From the NCBI GenBank assembly GCA_003427395.1, contig BFEA01000007.1, positions 3,563,210-3,627,209 of the forward strand: DNA of 64,000 nt. Direction: 5' to 3'. Origin of the DNA: Chara braunii (lineage: Eukaryota > Plantae > Charophyceae). A program made the position numbers and the translations under genes. The notes under the pieces are model-generated. The model worked only from the letters and a program-made list of their open reading frames with translations, was not told the DNA's origin and searched no databases. Of this stretch, positions 51,438 through 63,788 are shown piece by piece (position 1 is the first letter of the stretch; every line of letters begins with the position of its first letter).

Positions 51438-53156
51438 ATGGATCGACAATTGGCGAACGACAGACCGGCAGGCACAACCTCCGGAGCGAGCAATCGGCAA
51501 CGCAGTGCGGGGTCTGTGGAGAAGCACCCGTACGACCCGAGGTTGTATGCACACCTGCCTTCACACGAGATTCCTCTGCCGCCGTCGGATGACGAGGGGG
51601 GCGACGCCAAGTCGTCGACTTTGCCGTTGGGAAGTGGTTCGACGCAGGAATGGGCGGCGACGCAGTCGTCCGGCGGCAGGCGGGTGGAGACCCCGTGGTC
51701 TTACACCTCACTGCTGAACGAGGGGCTGTGAAACGACGACAACAATGCAGCGGTTGATCTCGACTTCCAGTTGTCCAGCAGCAGCGGAGCAGCAGCAACG
51801 CACACTCGGATCATCAATCCCCACCCGGGTGGGGATTGCGTGGACAACACACACGGTGGTGTGTGCGGGCCGTGAGACGGCAGTCTGCCTCAATCGCTTC
51901 ACGAAGGTGGTGGTAATCGGAATGACTCGTCGACGACCGTCGGAGGAGGAGTCGGTGCGCGCGAACGTCCGGAGTGGATGCGCTTGTCACCTGCGTCGCG
52001 AAGTGGATCCGACACTCCTCAAGGACGGTAGCGTCCGAAGGATTTGCGTGAGGGAGGTGCAGACGTGCAACGCGACAGCAGGCAGCTATAGGCAGAGTGC
52101 AGGCAGGCCTTGCATCAAGGTGAAATGGAGACAATCACGAGAGGGGTGCAACGACTCTACGTGGACGAAGGGGACAAAGCAGCTGTTGAGGAGGCCCAGG
52201 GGTGTGATGACGTTAACGGTGATGTCGATTGCAACTCCGACGATTTGCCAGCCATTAGGCCGCTTGGTAGGAAGGCGACGAATGGCGGAGCGAGTGCGAA
52301 GAAGGGTCCCGCTACGAAAACTCGACGGAGCAAGAAAATGGATGACGACACAAGACGGAGCGATGGCGAGGGCGGCTGAAATTTCTGGTCAGTGGCAGAC
52401 ACGATCGCACTCATCAGGGCAAAAAGGGATCAAGATCTGTATATCGCCGGCATGGGCACCAGTTTCGCCCGCATGAAAACGAGGGAGTGGAAGTGGGAGG
52501 ACGTGCGGGCGAGGTTGCAGACGATGGGCGTGACGAGGGAGGCCGTCGACTGCAGGAAGAAATGGGACAACTTGATGCAGCAATTCAAGAAGGTTCACAA
52601 GTTCCAGAACCTCTCCGGCGGGAAGGACTACTTCAAGCTTGCTTCAAAGGCCAGGCGATCGGAGGGCTTCAGCTTCGTCATGGACCGGAGCGTGCACGAC
52701 GAAATGGAGGCCATGACGAAGGGGGATCACACGATCCACCCGAAAAATTTGGCGGTCACGGGGGCGGCTGGGGGGGTTCATATGCCGGCAGGCGCGGGGG
52801 CCGGAGGGGACACCATGGGCAGTGAGGGTGGAGGGGAGGCAACCGACGAGGAGCAGGGGTCGACGAAAGACTCCACATTCAGCGCGGGGAGCGGCTACGG
52901 TTATGGGAAGAGGAAGAACATGCGGCAACAAACCTTTGAGGCCGTCGCCGAGGTCATGGACATACATGGTGCGCTCATGGCGAGCACAATGGACAGCACG
53001 AGCAAGCGACAATGCTCAATGATGTTACGTTAGTGCGAAATCCTAGAGAGCAAAGTGGAAGTGCAAGTTAAACATTATGTTGCGGCGGATGTGGCGAACA
53101 GAATAATGTGCAACGCCCTTATGGAGATAGCGAAAGCCATCCACGAGAGATCATGA
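51438..53156 (+). pseudogene. Harbinger-encoded trihelix/Myb-SANT DNA-binding protein (572 codons, 6 in-frame stops)
   Basis: One frame from MDRQLAND to AIHERS*. Trihelix domain FWSVADTIALIRAK...WKWEDVRARL...DCRKKWDNLMQQFKKV...YF; C-terminal coiled-coil-like helix. Confidence 0.88.
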
Positions 53157-53229
53157 GCGATGCTGCCAGTAATGTCCACCGTTGCTTTAGTGGCCTGTCT
53201 CTCCACGCGTTGCGCCTGCGAAGATGGCG

Positions 53230-53279
<50 letters not shown>

Positions 53280-54431
53280 CTGTGTGTGTGTGTGCGTGTG
53301 TGTGTGTGTGTCGTCGGCAAATGCTTAGCAGTACCTTTTTTAGATTTTTTTTTTTTTTGAGTTGTTGCACTTCGTCTTCCAGGAGAGTAGTATGTGCTAC
53401 ATTTGAGGTCTCCACAGCTAGAGGGCCACGTGTTGAAGGGGTTATGTGGGTCGAGGATTGTGGTGGACGGGGGTGTCACCGTTCGTGTCCACGACATTGC
53501 GAGCCGGGGGGGTGTGTGGGGGTTGTTTTTTTTTTAAGACATTCATATCGGCCTCTGGAGAGTGTATGGACGCGCGTCCACAGAGGCGCCGAAGGGTCTG
53601 TAGGCGCCTCGGGGAAGGTGGTCATGGCAACGGATGAAGGGCGTGTGCGTGAAGGAGGTCTGGAGAGTTGTTGTCACACGTGTCGCTGTCGACGACAACG
53701 GCAAGCGAAGAATCGAGGTTGGGGCCCGTCCGTCTGCTCCATGCTTTCGATGCGGCTGTGCCTCCTCCCGCATAAAGGTCGCCCGCTTGCGGCTTCTACA
53801 GCACTGAAGGTCAGCGCACACGGTGCACAACGACGACATCCACGAGGGACGCCCTCTGCCTTTTCTCGCCGTCGCACCGCACAACGATCACGTGGTCGCC
53901 CGTTTCTTCGCACTCCTCCTCGTCAGGGACTTCTTCAGTATCGTCGTCGATCATCGCTGTGGATCTTGTCGCTTTGTCGTGACGTCGATATTCCGTGCCA
54001 TGTAAAGTGCTCTCATTTGCCACGCGTACGTCTGCAGACACGTGGACAGACGGCGCGGCCGCGGACTTCAGCATCGCCCCGGATCAATATCGCCCCTTCG
54101 GAGGTCCGGCATCCTTTAGTCGCGAAGATCTTCTTCTTGCCGCGGAGCAGTGTTCGCAGGGTTCATCTCCTTCTCGCGTTCGCGTCGAGGTCGAGCTTGT
54201 GTGTGCGGCGAGGGCGGGCACCTCTCTCTTTGTCGCCGCGGATCTCTCTCGCCACGCAGGGGTTCGCCGTCGTCTGTGTCGTCTTCTTCTCGCCGAGACC
54301 AGTCTCGCTGGTGTCACCCAAGAACTTCGGTACACGTGGACGCATTGCTCCCCAGCACGGCAAAGGCGCTTGTTCGTCGTCGGTGCGAACGCCGACGAAG
54401 AATCGAACAGCCATTGACGGAAGCAGGAAGC

Positions 54432-56154
54432 ATGTCTGAGCGAGGCAGCGCCCGTGGCAAGAAGCGGGAAAACATCCCTGCAGACACTCAGGGGCGGGAA
54501 AGGGGTCGGCGGCATGTCCCCGAGGCGAAAGGGCTACGTTCGGAAGAAGCATTACCAAGCCTGCCTCTTCGGCGAGGGCGAAGTTGGGCGACAACTAACG
54601 AAGAGGAAGACGACAACGTGTTCATGACGGAGGAGGAAGCAGCAGAGGACACCGTGTCGGCGCCTCGGGGAAGCAGTCTTCAACGCTCATCTGATCAGAG
54701 CGCTGCGAGGAGATTGTTGACGCCCCCTCTGAAGGCGCAACAAGTGCGTGCCCACAACAGGAGGTTGTCATCGACGTCGGCGACGAGGACGACGAGCCCT
54801 TGGAAAGCCATAGGAAGCGCAATGTCACACAAGGCGCCACGGCGACGACAATCAGGATACGCGGCGCGACTGAAGAAAGGCCACCTCAGGGTGGCCTACC
54901 CTCCACGTTGTCCCAGCCCCGTCCGTGCAACACGGCTGCAAAGGGAGGCTCCATGGAACGCGGGGGAGGGGAGGGGGCCCAGCAAGAAGAGCGCGTGGCG
55001 AGTGGGGTGGTGATCGCTGGTGCAACTGCCGGGTCTTCGAGCAATGTTGCTGCCGTGGCGAGGGCGAGAGAGGAGCTCGCTGTTGTGGAGCGGGAGGTGA
55101 CGCGCGGCGACAACAAGGGTGAAAGAGAGGACGAGGACCGCCTTTTAAGCCGGGTTCGGAGGGGAGGGATGGCGAAAGATGTCGCCGAGTGTGACCGCCT
55201 GTGGGTTGATGACAAAGCGTTCTGGACGACGGGGGAGGGGCGAAGATTGTACAACATCGTCCACGAAACACGGGAGTACTTTGTCGCCATCGCCAGCGGG
55301 CTGCCAGCGCCCACCGTGTCCAGGAGTGTCGTCATGCCGAAATCCGCCACGACCCTGACAAGGATTGCAGATCCCTCACGACTGCAGCAGGCGATCTTCC
55401 GCGCGACGACAACGGAGAATATTTCTCTGCGCGTCTTGCACAGATGGGTCTTCAAGTCCGGGAACCGCCCCCGAGGATACAATCTCGCTTTCCAGTACGC
55501 GCTGGAGTCGGTGGCGACGGACATTGCGTGCGTCATGTGGTATGGCGAGGAGTGGAGCAACGTCGTGAGCGCGGCCGTTTGCGTGCACACAATCGACCTT
55601 AACATGGACTTGCCACTGTGGTTTGCGGCCGCGAACATCGAGGACAGGCCAGAGGACGACGACATGGCGGCGCACCAAGAGTCGACCGTTATATGCATCT
55701 CGCATGCATGTCGCGTCGCGTTGCAAATGGGTGGCAACGTCAACGACGAGTTCATCTCGCACGATCTTCTGTCAAGGATTGTGGATTGCTTCAGGCTTTT
55801 GTGGCTGCCGGTATGTGGTTGATGCACATGGCGGGAGACGATCCGCGCAGCCACTACGAAGCCTTTTACTTCGCAAAGCTGGTCGTGAAGCCCACGCTCG
55901 TCGCATCCATGTGTCGCGCCTTCGATCATCGATGGTCTGTCATCCGGGCCACGAACGCCGTCACGGAGAGACTAGGGAAGGCGAACGCCACCTTCGGAGA
56001 GTACCCGAAGTACATCCCCGACTGGGCTTCCTGCGACATCGTCTTCGGGCACGATGCGAGCATAGCGGGGCCCGAGCACGCGAAGAGGAGGGATTGGTTG
56101 GGTTCGGGGCCCTTAGAGGACGACGACGACGACGATGGAAAAAATGACACGTAG
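54432..56154 (+). pseudogene. Third Harbinger-borne ORF, unknown protein (~570 aa, two frameshifts at ~54760 and ~55797)
   Basis: Starts MSERGSARGKKR, then a basic/acidic disordered N-half and a ~300-aa aromatic-rich helical region (LWVDDKAFW...YALESVATDIA...HTIDLNMDLPLWF...HYEAFYFAKLVVKPTL...YIPDWA), ending in an acidic tail. Confidence 0.7.
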
Positions 56155-57255
56155 GGGGGAGGTGGGGGGGGAGAGGGTGTTGCTGCTGCTGACACATGCA
56201 GGGCGGGAGAGGGTAGGTGAACTGGTCGCATGTGCCGGTGGGGGTTAGGGAAGTGGAGAGGGGGGAGCGCTTGGCGGCATCCGAGATGCAGGTTTGGTGG
56301 CGGCGAGTCAGGAAAACGGATAGTTGATGGCATCTCCCTTCGTTCCGCACGTGTACAGCGTGTCGCTCGTGCTTGTAGACGCCCAACGTTTCCGGTCGTC
56401 CACTCTGACAGGGTGCTTGATGCAACTGCGGTCGTGGTTGCTTGTGGATGCGGATGGTGTTTGGCTGCTGATACTGGAGAAGCGACGGTAGACGGCGCTC
56501 TCTTCAGCGGATTGTAGTAGCGGAGTAGGTTTCTGCGATCTTCTTTTGTGTTGTTGTCGGCGCAGCTTGCGGCGAGACAAGTTGATTGCGCTTGGAGCGC
56601 ACCTTTTTTTATATAATTTCGATTCACAAGGAGATTTCGTCAGTTTGCAGATCATGAGTGAACACTCATTCCACACCGAGTGGTCCTTGCCTTGTTGGAT
56701 GTACATTCACACGTCTCATCTTCATTTGCATGTGCCATTGTCGGTCGTTGCTTTGTTTGTTTGTTTGTTTGTTTCTCCCCCAGTTATCCCAATGGCAAAC
56801 AAAAGATGTGTTTGTGTTCCAGTCCAACACTCGCAGGAAGACAAAGCGCAGCGCAGCAAACAACATGCGATGTCTGACAAAACATGTTGTGAATATGCAA
56901 TGGCACACTGCATCAACGCAAAGAAATAGCAACACACAATATCGACGCAATGAAATAGGCACACACACAACGCCAACACATAATGGAAATCGACGAAACA
57001 AACTTTGAAAGGGATTTGTGATGTCGTTCAACGATTCATAGCGGAGACTTCAAAATCGAAGGCAGGTGGGGGAGAAGTTTCAGGCCCACCCGAACGACCA
57101 ACAGTGCTCCATCCTCCAAACTGCACCCGCTGTGCCCAAAAATGACGCACTTCACACCCGCAGTGCGCCGTGTCCGCACTACACAACTTCAACGGCAATC
57201 ACAAAATTCAAGAAAATGGATGGCGATGCACATCCACGAATCGCGACAGCAACCA

Positions 57256-57546
57256 AACACGACCCTCGACGCAAACTACCGACCCCGACGCAGGACAGAA
57301 GCTAGCAACCCAATCAAGGTTGGACGGAACAATGAATCTGCCCTCCGGCCATTGCTACAATGAACGCACTTCCACGCGCTGCCGTCCACCATGGGGAACA
57401 CGACCCTCCACGCAAACCACCAACTCCGACGGGGTACAGACGATAGCGACCCAATCAAGGCATGATGGAACAAGGAATCTGCCCTCCCCCCATTGTTGCA
57501 ATGAATGCACTTCCATGCGCTGCCATCCACGAATGAAACACGACTC
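57256..57546. repeat. ~141-bp tandem repeat (2 copies and the start of a third) at the transposase 3' end
   Basis: AACACGAC unit starts at 57256, 57397 and 57537. Confidence 0.8.
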
Positions 57547-58891
57547 GATCGTGTTTCACTCGTTCCACCAAAGCATTCCTCAGGGCCAATGCTTTGTATG
57601 TCGACGTCATCATTGACACAGGCTGGAGGGGCTCTTCGATCCCCAAGTCCACACGTCGTCGCACACCATTAGCGCCAACCTCCCATAGCAGATTGTCGTC
57701 GGAGGGGATTCCTGCGTCGATCAGTATGTTGTGCAGTATGCACACGGCGATGAACTGCTACATGAGCGTGTCCAAGTTTGTCTTGTGTGTCCGCAGAAAC
57801 AACTGCCACTTGTCCTTCAGCCTGCCAAACGCCCTCTCCACCGCTCCCCTCGCCACCTTCTGCTTGTTGTCAAACCGCTCCTCGTCGACGTGATGATTGA
57901 TGCCTCCATACGGGACGACCATCCATTCCGAAGGGGGGTAGCCATTGTCCGCCAGAACGTACCCGTTCGTCTTCACACTGAACGGCAGTGTCACGGGGGG
58001 ACCACGGAACAACGACCCCTCCTCTGCGCGCAGCGACAGGCTGGACAACTGCAGCACCCTGATGTCGTGGCAGCTACCTGGGCATCCCATGTGCACGTCG
58101 AGCACACGCAAGTCCAGGTCGACGACAACCTGCGCAACAATGGAGAAACGGCGCTTGCTGTCGTAGTAGTTTTCGCTCGGAGCGTTCGCCGGCTTGTCGA
58201 CGTCGATGTGAGTACAATCAATGCAACTGTGGCAGTTGGGGAACCCTTTATCAGCAAACGCCCGCAGAACGACGAGTTTACGAACTCCTGTCGGCCACAC
58301 GATCTTCTCTTCGAATACCCTTAGCAGCACGTCAGTAACGTCGCGGACGGCAATCAGCTCAGAAGCTCGTCCAATCCCGAAGTTGCACGTGCTGCTCTCG
58401 TACGTCTCCCCTGAAGCCCACCTGTACAGTGCGTACGCCACAATCTGGTCCGGCTGCAAAGGCTCCCTGTAGAACGTGACCCGCCGCTGAAGATAAGGCG
58501 CACACGCCTCCACGATTTCCTGGAACACTCGCGGCGACATTCGCAGCTTATCCCGAAAGTAGTCGTCTGTCGTGGCGTCTCATTGCCTGAGGTCTTCCCA
58601 CGTGCCTCCTGTCCTGCGCTTCACCCACCATGGAGGCGTCGCACGAGGTATCACTCCGCAACCCAACGCGTAGCACAGCTGAACAACAGCCTCCGACGTC
58701 GCCACGTTTTCGACCCCATCGTACGGATCTTGCGTCAATGTCCTCCGTCTACGCGCGTGGAACTGCTCCTTCAGTCGCCCCAGCGCCCTCTCCTGCTGGC
58801 ATCGAAGAACGATCGTGGACACGGTCGCCACCACGGCCTGCAGCTCACGAGGAGTCAACACATCATGTCTACCCTCTGCGCCGGCCTCCAT
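57455..58891 (-). pseudogene. PIF/Harbinger (HARBI1-like, DDE_Tnp_4) transposase with two in-frame stops
   Basis: Single frame. Motifs LRMSPRVF, FPNCHSCIDCTHI, GSCHD, LADNGYP, VERAFGRLK, CILHN; stops at 58580-58582 and 57758-57760. Confidence 0.93.
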
Positions 58892-59790
58892 AGCCGCGAC
58901 GTGGACACGGTCCCATCGTTCCGCTGCTGTCTGTGTCGTCCTTCCGCATCCGACGAAGAAGCCGAAGACATTCGTCGAAAGGTGGCCCCTTTTCTCTGCT
59001 TACAGTCCCGCACACGGAAACGAGGAGCAACGCTCAGTCTGCGTGTGCAAAGGTCCACGGCGATGGAAGCACCACACGCTGCCCGCGCAGTCGCAACGGC
59101 TTCGGGACGGAACCTCCGCTGCCGCTGAGCCTCTTTCCGCAGCACGCCGCCCTCGCGCCGCCAGCCACACGTCGTCGTCGTCGTCGCAGCAGTCATTCGA
59201 ATTTCGAATTTCAAATGCCCACGCCCTTGGGGTGAAATTTCTTTTCGCGTCGCCCGTCGTGTGCCGTTTCCTGCCTCGCATCGCTGGACCACGCCGCCTC
59301 CACACGGACAAAAGAAGTTGGACCCCGCGATCGCTAATTTACGTATGACAACGGTCGCGGGGAAGCCACAAGGAAATATCCTCGGGGGAGGTCCCCAAGG
59401 ATGAGTGGAACGACGCCGCAAATTCCCCTAAAAAAACACAAGGACATTTCCTTGTGGCTCAAGGAAACCGTAAGGAGTGTCTAACGAGGCCCTTTATCTA
59501 CTTCCTTTCTCCGCGCACCCCTTCCTTTACTCGCGAGCCCGTTTTTTTCCCTTCGTGCTCGCTTCCCGGTTTTACGCATCCTCATTTCCCTCATAGTTCT
59601 TAAATAATTCCCTCACCACGGTCTGCTCCTCCGCACGGGCGATCTCCGTCATGCTGCATGGTACCTAGCACGATTGAGATCGTGGCGGGGTTTTCTCCTT
59701 CTCTTCTGCGAAGGCAAATCCTCTTTTTTGTAAACAGAATCCGCCCTGGTTTCAAAGGCAGATTCATTCAACTGAAACTATCAAGAATAA

Positions 59791-60217
59791 GGGTCTGATC
59801 CCACACTACTTACGGTAAGTAAAAATATGAGTTTCGGGGAGTCCCACTTCTTTCTGTATGAGCAGGTCACGGAGTAGCTGGTGGGAGGGTGTGGAAACAG
59901 TTTCTATCGTGGCAGTTCGGGAGTGATCGCCGGCCCAAGAATCTGTCCCATTTTTCAAGAGAAGCCAACCCGTACCCTAGCGCTAAAAAGTTGGAGCAGC
60001 TTTTTGTTATTGTTTTTTTGTTTTTTTTTCCGTCACTCCCTCCTTTCCTCAGGTGATCCGCCACCCTCCCACATTATTGCGCTGCGAAGCCTGTAAAAGG
60101 GTCATTCTTTTCGGAGTTGTGGGATGCGATTTTCCTTTCACAGTTCGATAGGAGCGGGCCTGACTTTTCTGTTACTTTTACGACTTTTTCGTAAAAGAGA
60201 CCAGTGGGATCAGACCC
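59791..60217. mobile_element. Tourist-like MITE (PIF/Harbinger superfamily), 427 bp
   Basis: 14-bp TIR GGGTCTGATCCCAC / GTGGGATCAGACCC; TAA TSD at 59788-59790 and 60218-60220. Confidence 0.88.
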
Positions 60218-60599
60218 TAACTACGGGATCGAAGAAAATTTATACTACTAAATAATAAGAAAAGAAAGAAAATGAATCTGACAATTCAAAAGAAAAAGGA
60301 AAATAATCTAACTACTATCTACCCCGTAGTGCCAACTGTCGAGCAGACAAACTAACTATAACTACTCGTAGCACTAAGGTCGCGGGTTCAAGTCCCTGCC
60401 GCACGAGGTCGAGGTTAAAGCGCGACCCCCTTATATCAAATGGGCTAGCTCATGAGCACAACTGGGCAAATTCGATTCGTATATCTCCTATTTGACAATC
60501 TACCCCAAAACTGACCGAGCTAGCACACACTTCAGATAAAAGTGGAGCAGCCCAAACCTATGTAGAGTGTTGGGGCTCAACCAACCTAGTAGCCTGAGC

Positions 60600-61040
60600 C
60601 CGTTTCTGAGTTTGTGTTTGTGCACGCTTGCCAGTCTGTGTACCTGTCTCAGTGATTGTTAGCTTGAGTGTGTGTGTGTCCCTCAAGGGCACTTGGTTGA
60701 TCGGATGGCCCGAAGGGCTGGTATTTACCCGCAGCCGTGACATTGAGGGTTGAGGCGGGGAAAACACTCGAGTGGCGGGGAAAGAGGGTCGCCATACTTA
60801 AGAGCAGCTGAAAACGCTCTCAAGTAGTAGGTAGACCAATACCACACCAAGTAAGGTTAGACGTGTCGGGTACTCAAGGTCGAGCAGGAGAAAATAAAAG
60901 TTGGCATTTTTAGAGGCCCAGTACCAGTAGATAGGCAGGTACGAGGTCGGGTAGCCTGAATCTAAACCCTGTGCGGACGATATCAGAGTTTGCAACAGTG
61001 TCTCCCCCTGCAAAGGGACAAAGGCACCGGTTGCTTGGGT
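60600..61040 (+). mobile_element. Diverged fragment of a family A-related LTR
   Basis: Shares GCCGTGACATTGAGGG, TGGCATTTTTAGAGG, ATATCAGAGT.TGCAA and ACCGGTTGCTTGGG with 7650-7925. Confidence 0.7.
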
Positions 61041-61979
61041 GGTCGCGTGGACACAAAGTCGCCACTTGAGAGGTGACTTCCTCTTTACATATGGGAGCCG
61101 GAGTTGGAGCCTTAACCCCACTCATGGCATACGAGGAAAGACAAAGGTACTGATTGTCGTTACCTATTATGGTGCGCAGTGTGTTTCTCTTGGTTGCCCC
61201 GGCCGCACGACCGGGGTTATATTAATTTTTCAGTCGTCTTTAGTTTTTACGATGATGCGACCTACTGACTTTTCTATATCGGTCGGTCTGTCGCCCCTTG
61301 GCTCGTTCTAATTCATTTTTTCCTTACCGCCTGAGACTTTGACTAATTTAGATCGTGGTTGCCACATTTCGCGTGACCTCTTCGAGTTTTCTTATAACCC
61401 TCCGGGCCTTATGGGTGAAGACTTTTAACTTTGATTAACCCTTACCTATTTTCGTGCACGTCGTATCACTGCATAATGCCACCTAGAAACCTCGGCCTCA
61501 GTGGTCGAGGAGTTTGCTTCACGACGCCATGCCAAAAAATTCTTACTTTTTACTCCAGACCGTCCTCGACAAAGTAACCAGCGTCGATACTGTATCGAAT
61601 GCAAAATCATGAGGAAATACCCTTGTAAGGGTGTTTGCTCCGACACCGCCTTAATGGTCTATCTGTTAGGGTCATTGGTTTTGCTTCGCTACCACTCCTT
61701 CACCCTGAGTGTGATGACCTTCTCACCATCGTGTGTGACTGCCCTTATAAGTTTTGATTCTTAGGGTGCATTCACCCCCTCTGAGACCATCCCACTCCTA
61801 GTGGTTCAGCGACACGACATTACGCTGTGACATGTTGTTCTCTTTTTCTTTCAGCACTAAGGCAATTGCCTCCCGTATTTTAAGATGTATCTTGCTACAT
61901 TTCATTTTCTGTTGTTATTTAGAATGTATATACCAAACATTTGTTTTTCATTTGACATTATGTAGCTTAGGCTGCATAA

Positions 61980-62468
61980 CATGGACTCTGCATCCTATAT
62001 TTCTCAACTCTCCTTGTTATAGAGTTCCACTGCTTTTGCGGATAGCGTGTTTATGGATTTTGCGATCCACTACAAGTCTGAGGATCGTGCAACGGACGTC
62101 TATTTGTCCTGACCTACAACCAGGGCCTATTAGGTTATTTTGCATGTTCAGCCTATTGGACCAGGCCGTGGCCTGACCCCACAGGCCGTGTGCTCATTCA
62201 GTCCAGTCAAGTCATGCCCGGTACCACTGTCGGTACCAGTCCAGTCAAATCCAGTCAAATCCAGTCCAATCCAGTGTAGCCAATCCATTGGGGGTGTACC
62301 CCAGCTGAAGTTTGTTTCAACCTCATTCTTCATTTTGCACACTTTGGAGTATGTGCCTATTGAGTCTGCGTCGGAGCTGCACTGTCCTTTCCAGCTCCAT
62401 CTCCACTCTGTCACCCTCACCCCTTCGTCTCCATCCCGACGGACCGCCATCCCAGCGGGTCAGCCACA
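61980..62468 (+). mobile_element. Diverged family B LTR copy (inverted relative to 47460)
   Basis: Ends GGACCGCCATCCCAGCGGGTCAGCCACA, the reverse complement of the 47460 start; not followed by a PBS. Confidence 0.7.
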
Positions 62469-63254
62469 TTGCGGCCTTCAACATCGGATTTTGAGCTCTG
62501 CAATGAGTGACGGCGGGACTTAATTCGAAAACGAGATCCCACTTGCATACCTTTGCCTGTCGGTTCGAAAAGACATCGAGTAGCCCGTACGGAGGTTCAT
62601 AGTACTTTTGGATTAGGTAGACGTTTGAAAACTGCGCGCACACATTTCCTTTGTCGTGTGGCGATGGTTGTTTCTCGCTAACGCTGGAATCACATGGGAG
62701 ATTCTAGTTTTGTCCGTGTCTCCACACTCAATTATCCAAAAATCATTGACACACCCCGTCTTGTTGTTCTTTCAGGGCCTTTTCTGCATTTTAATCACTC
62801 CGACCGGAAGACAGCATAGGGCCTGAGGTTGAACGTCGCACACCTTTTGGTGTAGCCTGGTTTCAGACCGATTCCTTTTTGGCCTGAGAATAGACAGTAG
62901 AAGTAGATATAGACATGTAGTTTTAGGGGATAGTGAAAGTTCGGCTGGTCCAACTTAGGGGGAGTCGTTGAGATTGGAAGTTGCCAATAAATAAAGATGA
63001 GTAATGCTCTCAGTAAGTTCTCTCTCGATTAAATTGTGAGGTCCACGACCTCAATCATTCTGTTATATGAACAAGTGGACCTGCTGCAGCTATGCTGAGG
63101 TGAATAACGATAACAAAACATTTTGCAGAACACCCCAACCATCAGTTGGATCCAAATTTGCAATGTGCCCCAACCGGACGCTCCCCCACTTTGCAAAATG
63201 CCTCGGCAATTGCTAAGTTTTCGCAAAAAAAAAAAAAAAAAAAAAAAAAAAACG

Positions 63255-63712
63255 TGTATATTTTCATGTTTTAGTGGTATACTCATTCGATTTTCCTCAT
63301 CCTATCAATGAAAGTACACTCTCTCTCCCTCTCTCTCTTTCTCACTCACAAAAAAAAATAAAAATGTATATGTTCTAACGGTAGATTCATTCGATTTTGC
63401 TCATCCTATCGATGGGAGTACCCTCTCTCTTTCTCTCTCATACACACTTACACACACCCACAAAGTGAATTTTTGCATGTTCAAGTGGTAGATTCGTTAG
63501 ATTTGGCTCATTGTATCGATGTAAGTACCCTCTCTCTCTCTCACACATAACAAAAATGTGTATATTTTCGTGTTCTAGCGGTAGATTGATTCAATTTTGC
63601 TCATCCTATCGACGAAACTACCCTCTCTCTCACACACACACACATGCACACAGTAGATTTTTGCATGTTCTAGCGGTAGATTTGTTAGATTTGGCTCATC
63701 GTATCGATGTAA

Positions 63713-63788
<76 letters not shown>

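Larger units (their letters stand above)
50789..59492. mobile_element. Full-length PIF/Harbinger DNA transposon (8.7 kb, decayed), with three genes
   Basis: Perfect 21-bp TIR GGGCCTCGTTAGACACTCCTT / AAGGAGTGTCTAACGAGGCCC; DDE transposase plus Myb/SANT gene; 3-bp TSD imperfect (T-rich flanks). Confidence 0.93.

Noticed and set aside
54886-55929. 347-aa minus-strand ORF
   Set aside because: It is the antisense shadow of the GC-rich plus-strand ORF3 and has no motifs of its own.
60350-60410. tRNA-like segment CTAAGGTCGCGGGTTCAAGTCCC
   Set aside because: Only a T-arm/B-box is present, with no D-arm or acceptor stem. At most it is a SINE or tRNA fragment; tRNAscan-SE would settle it.
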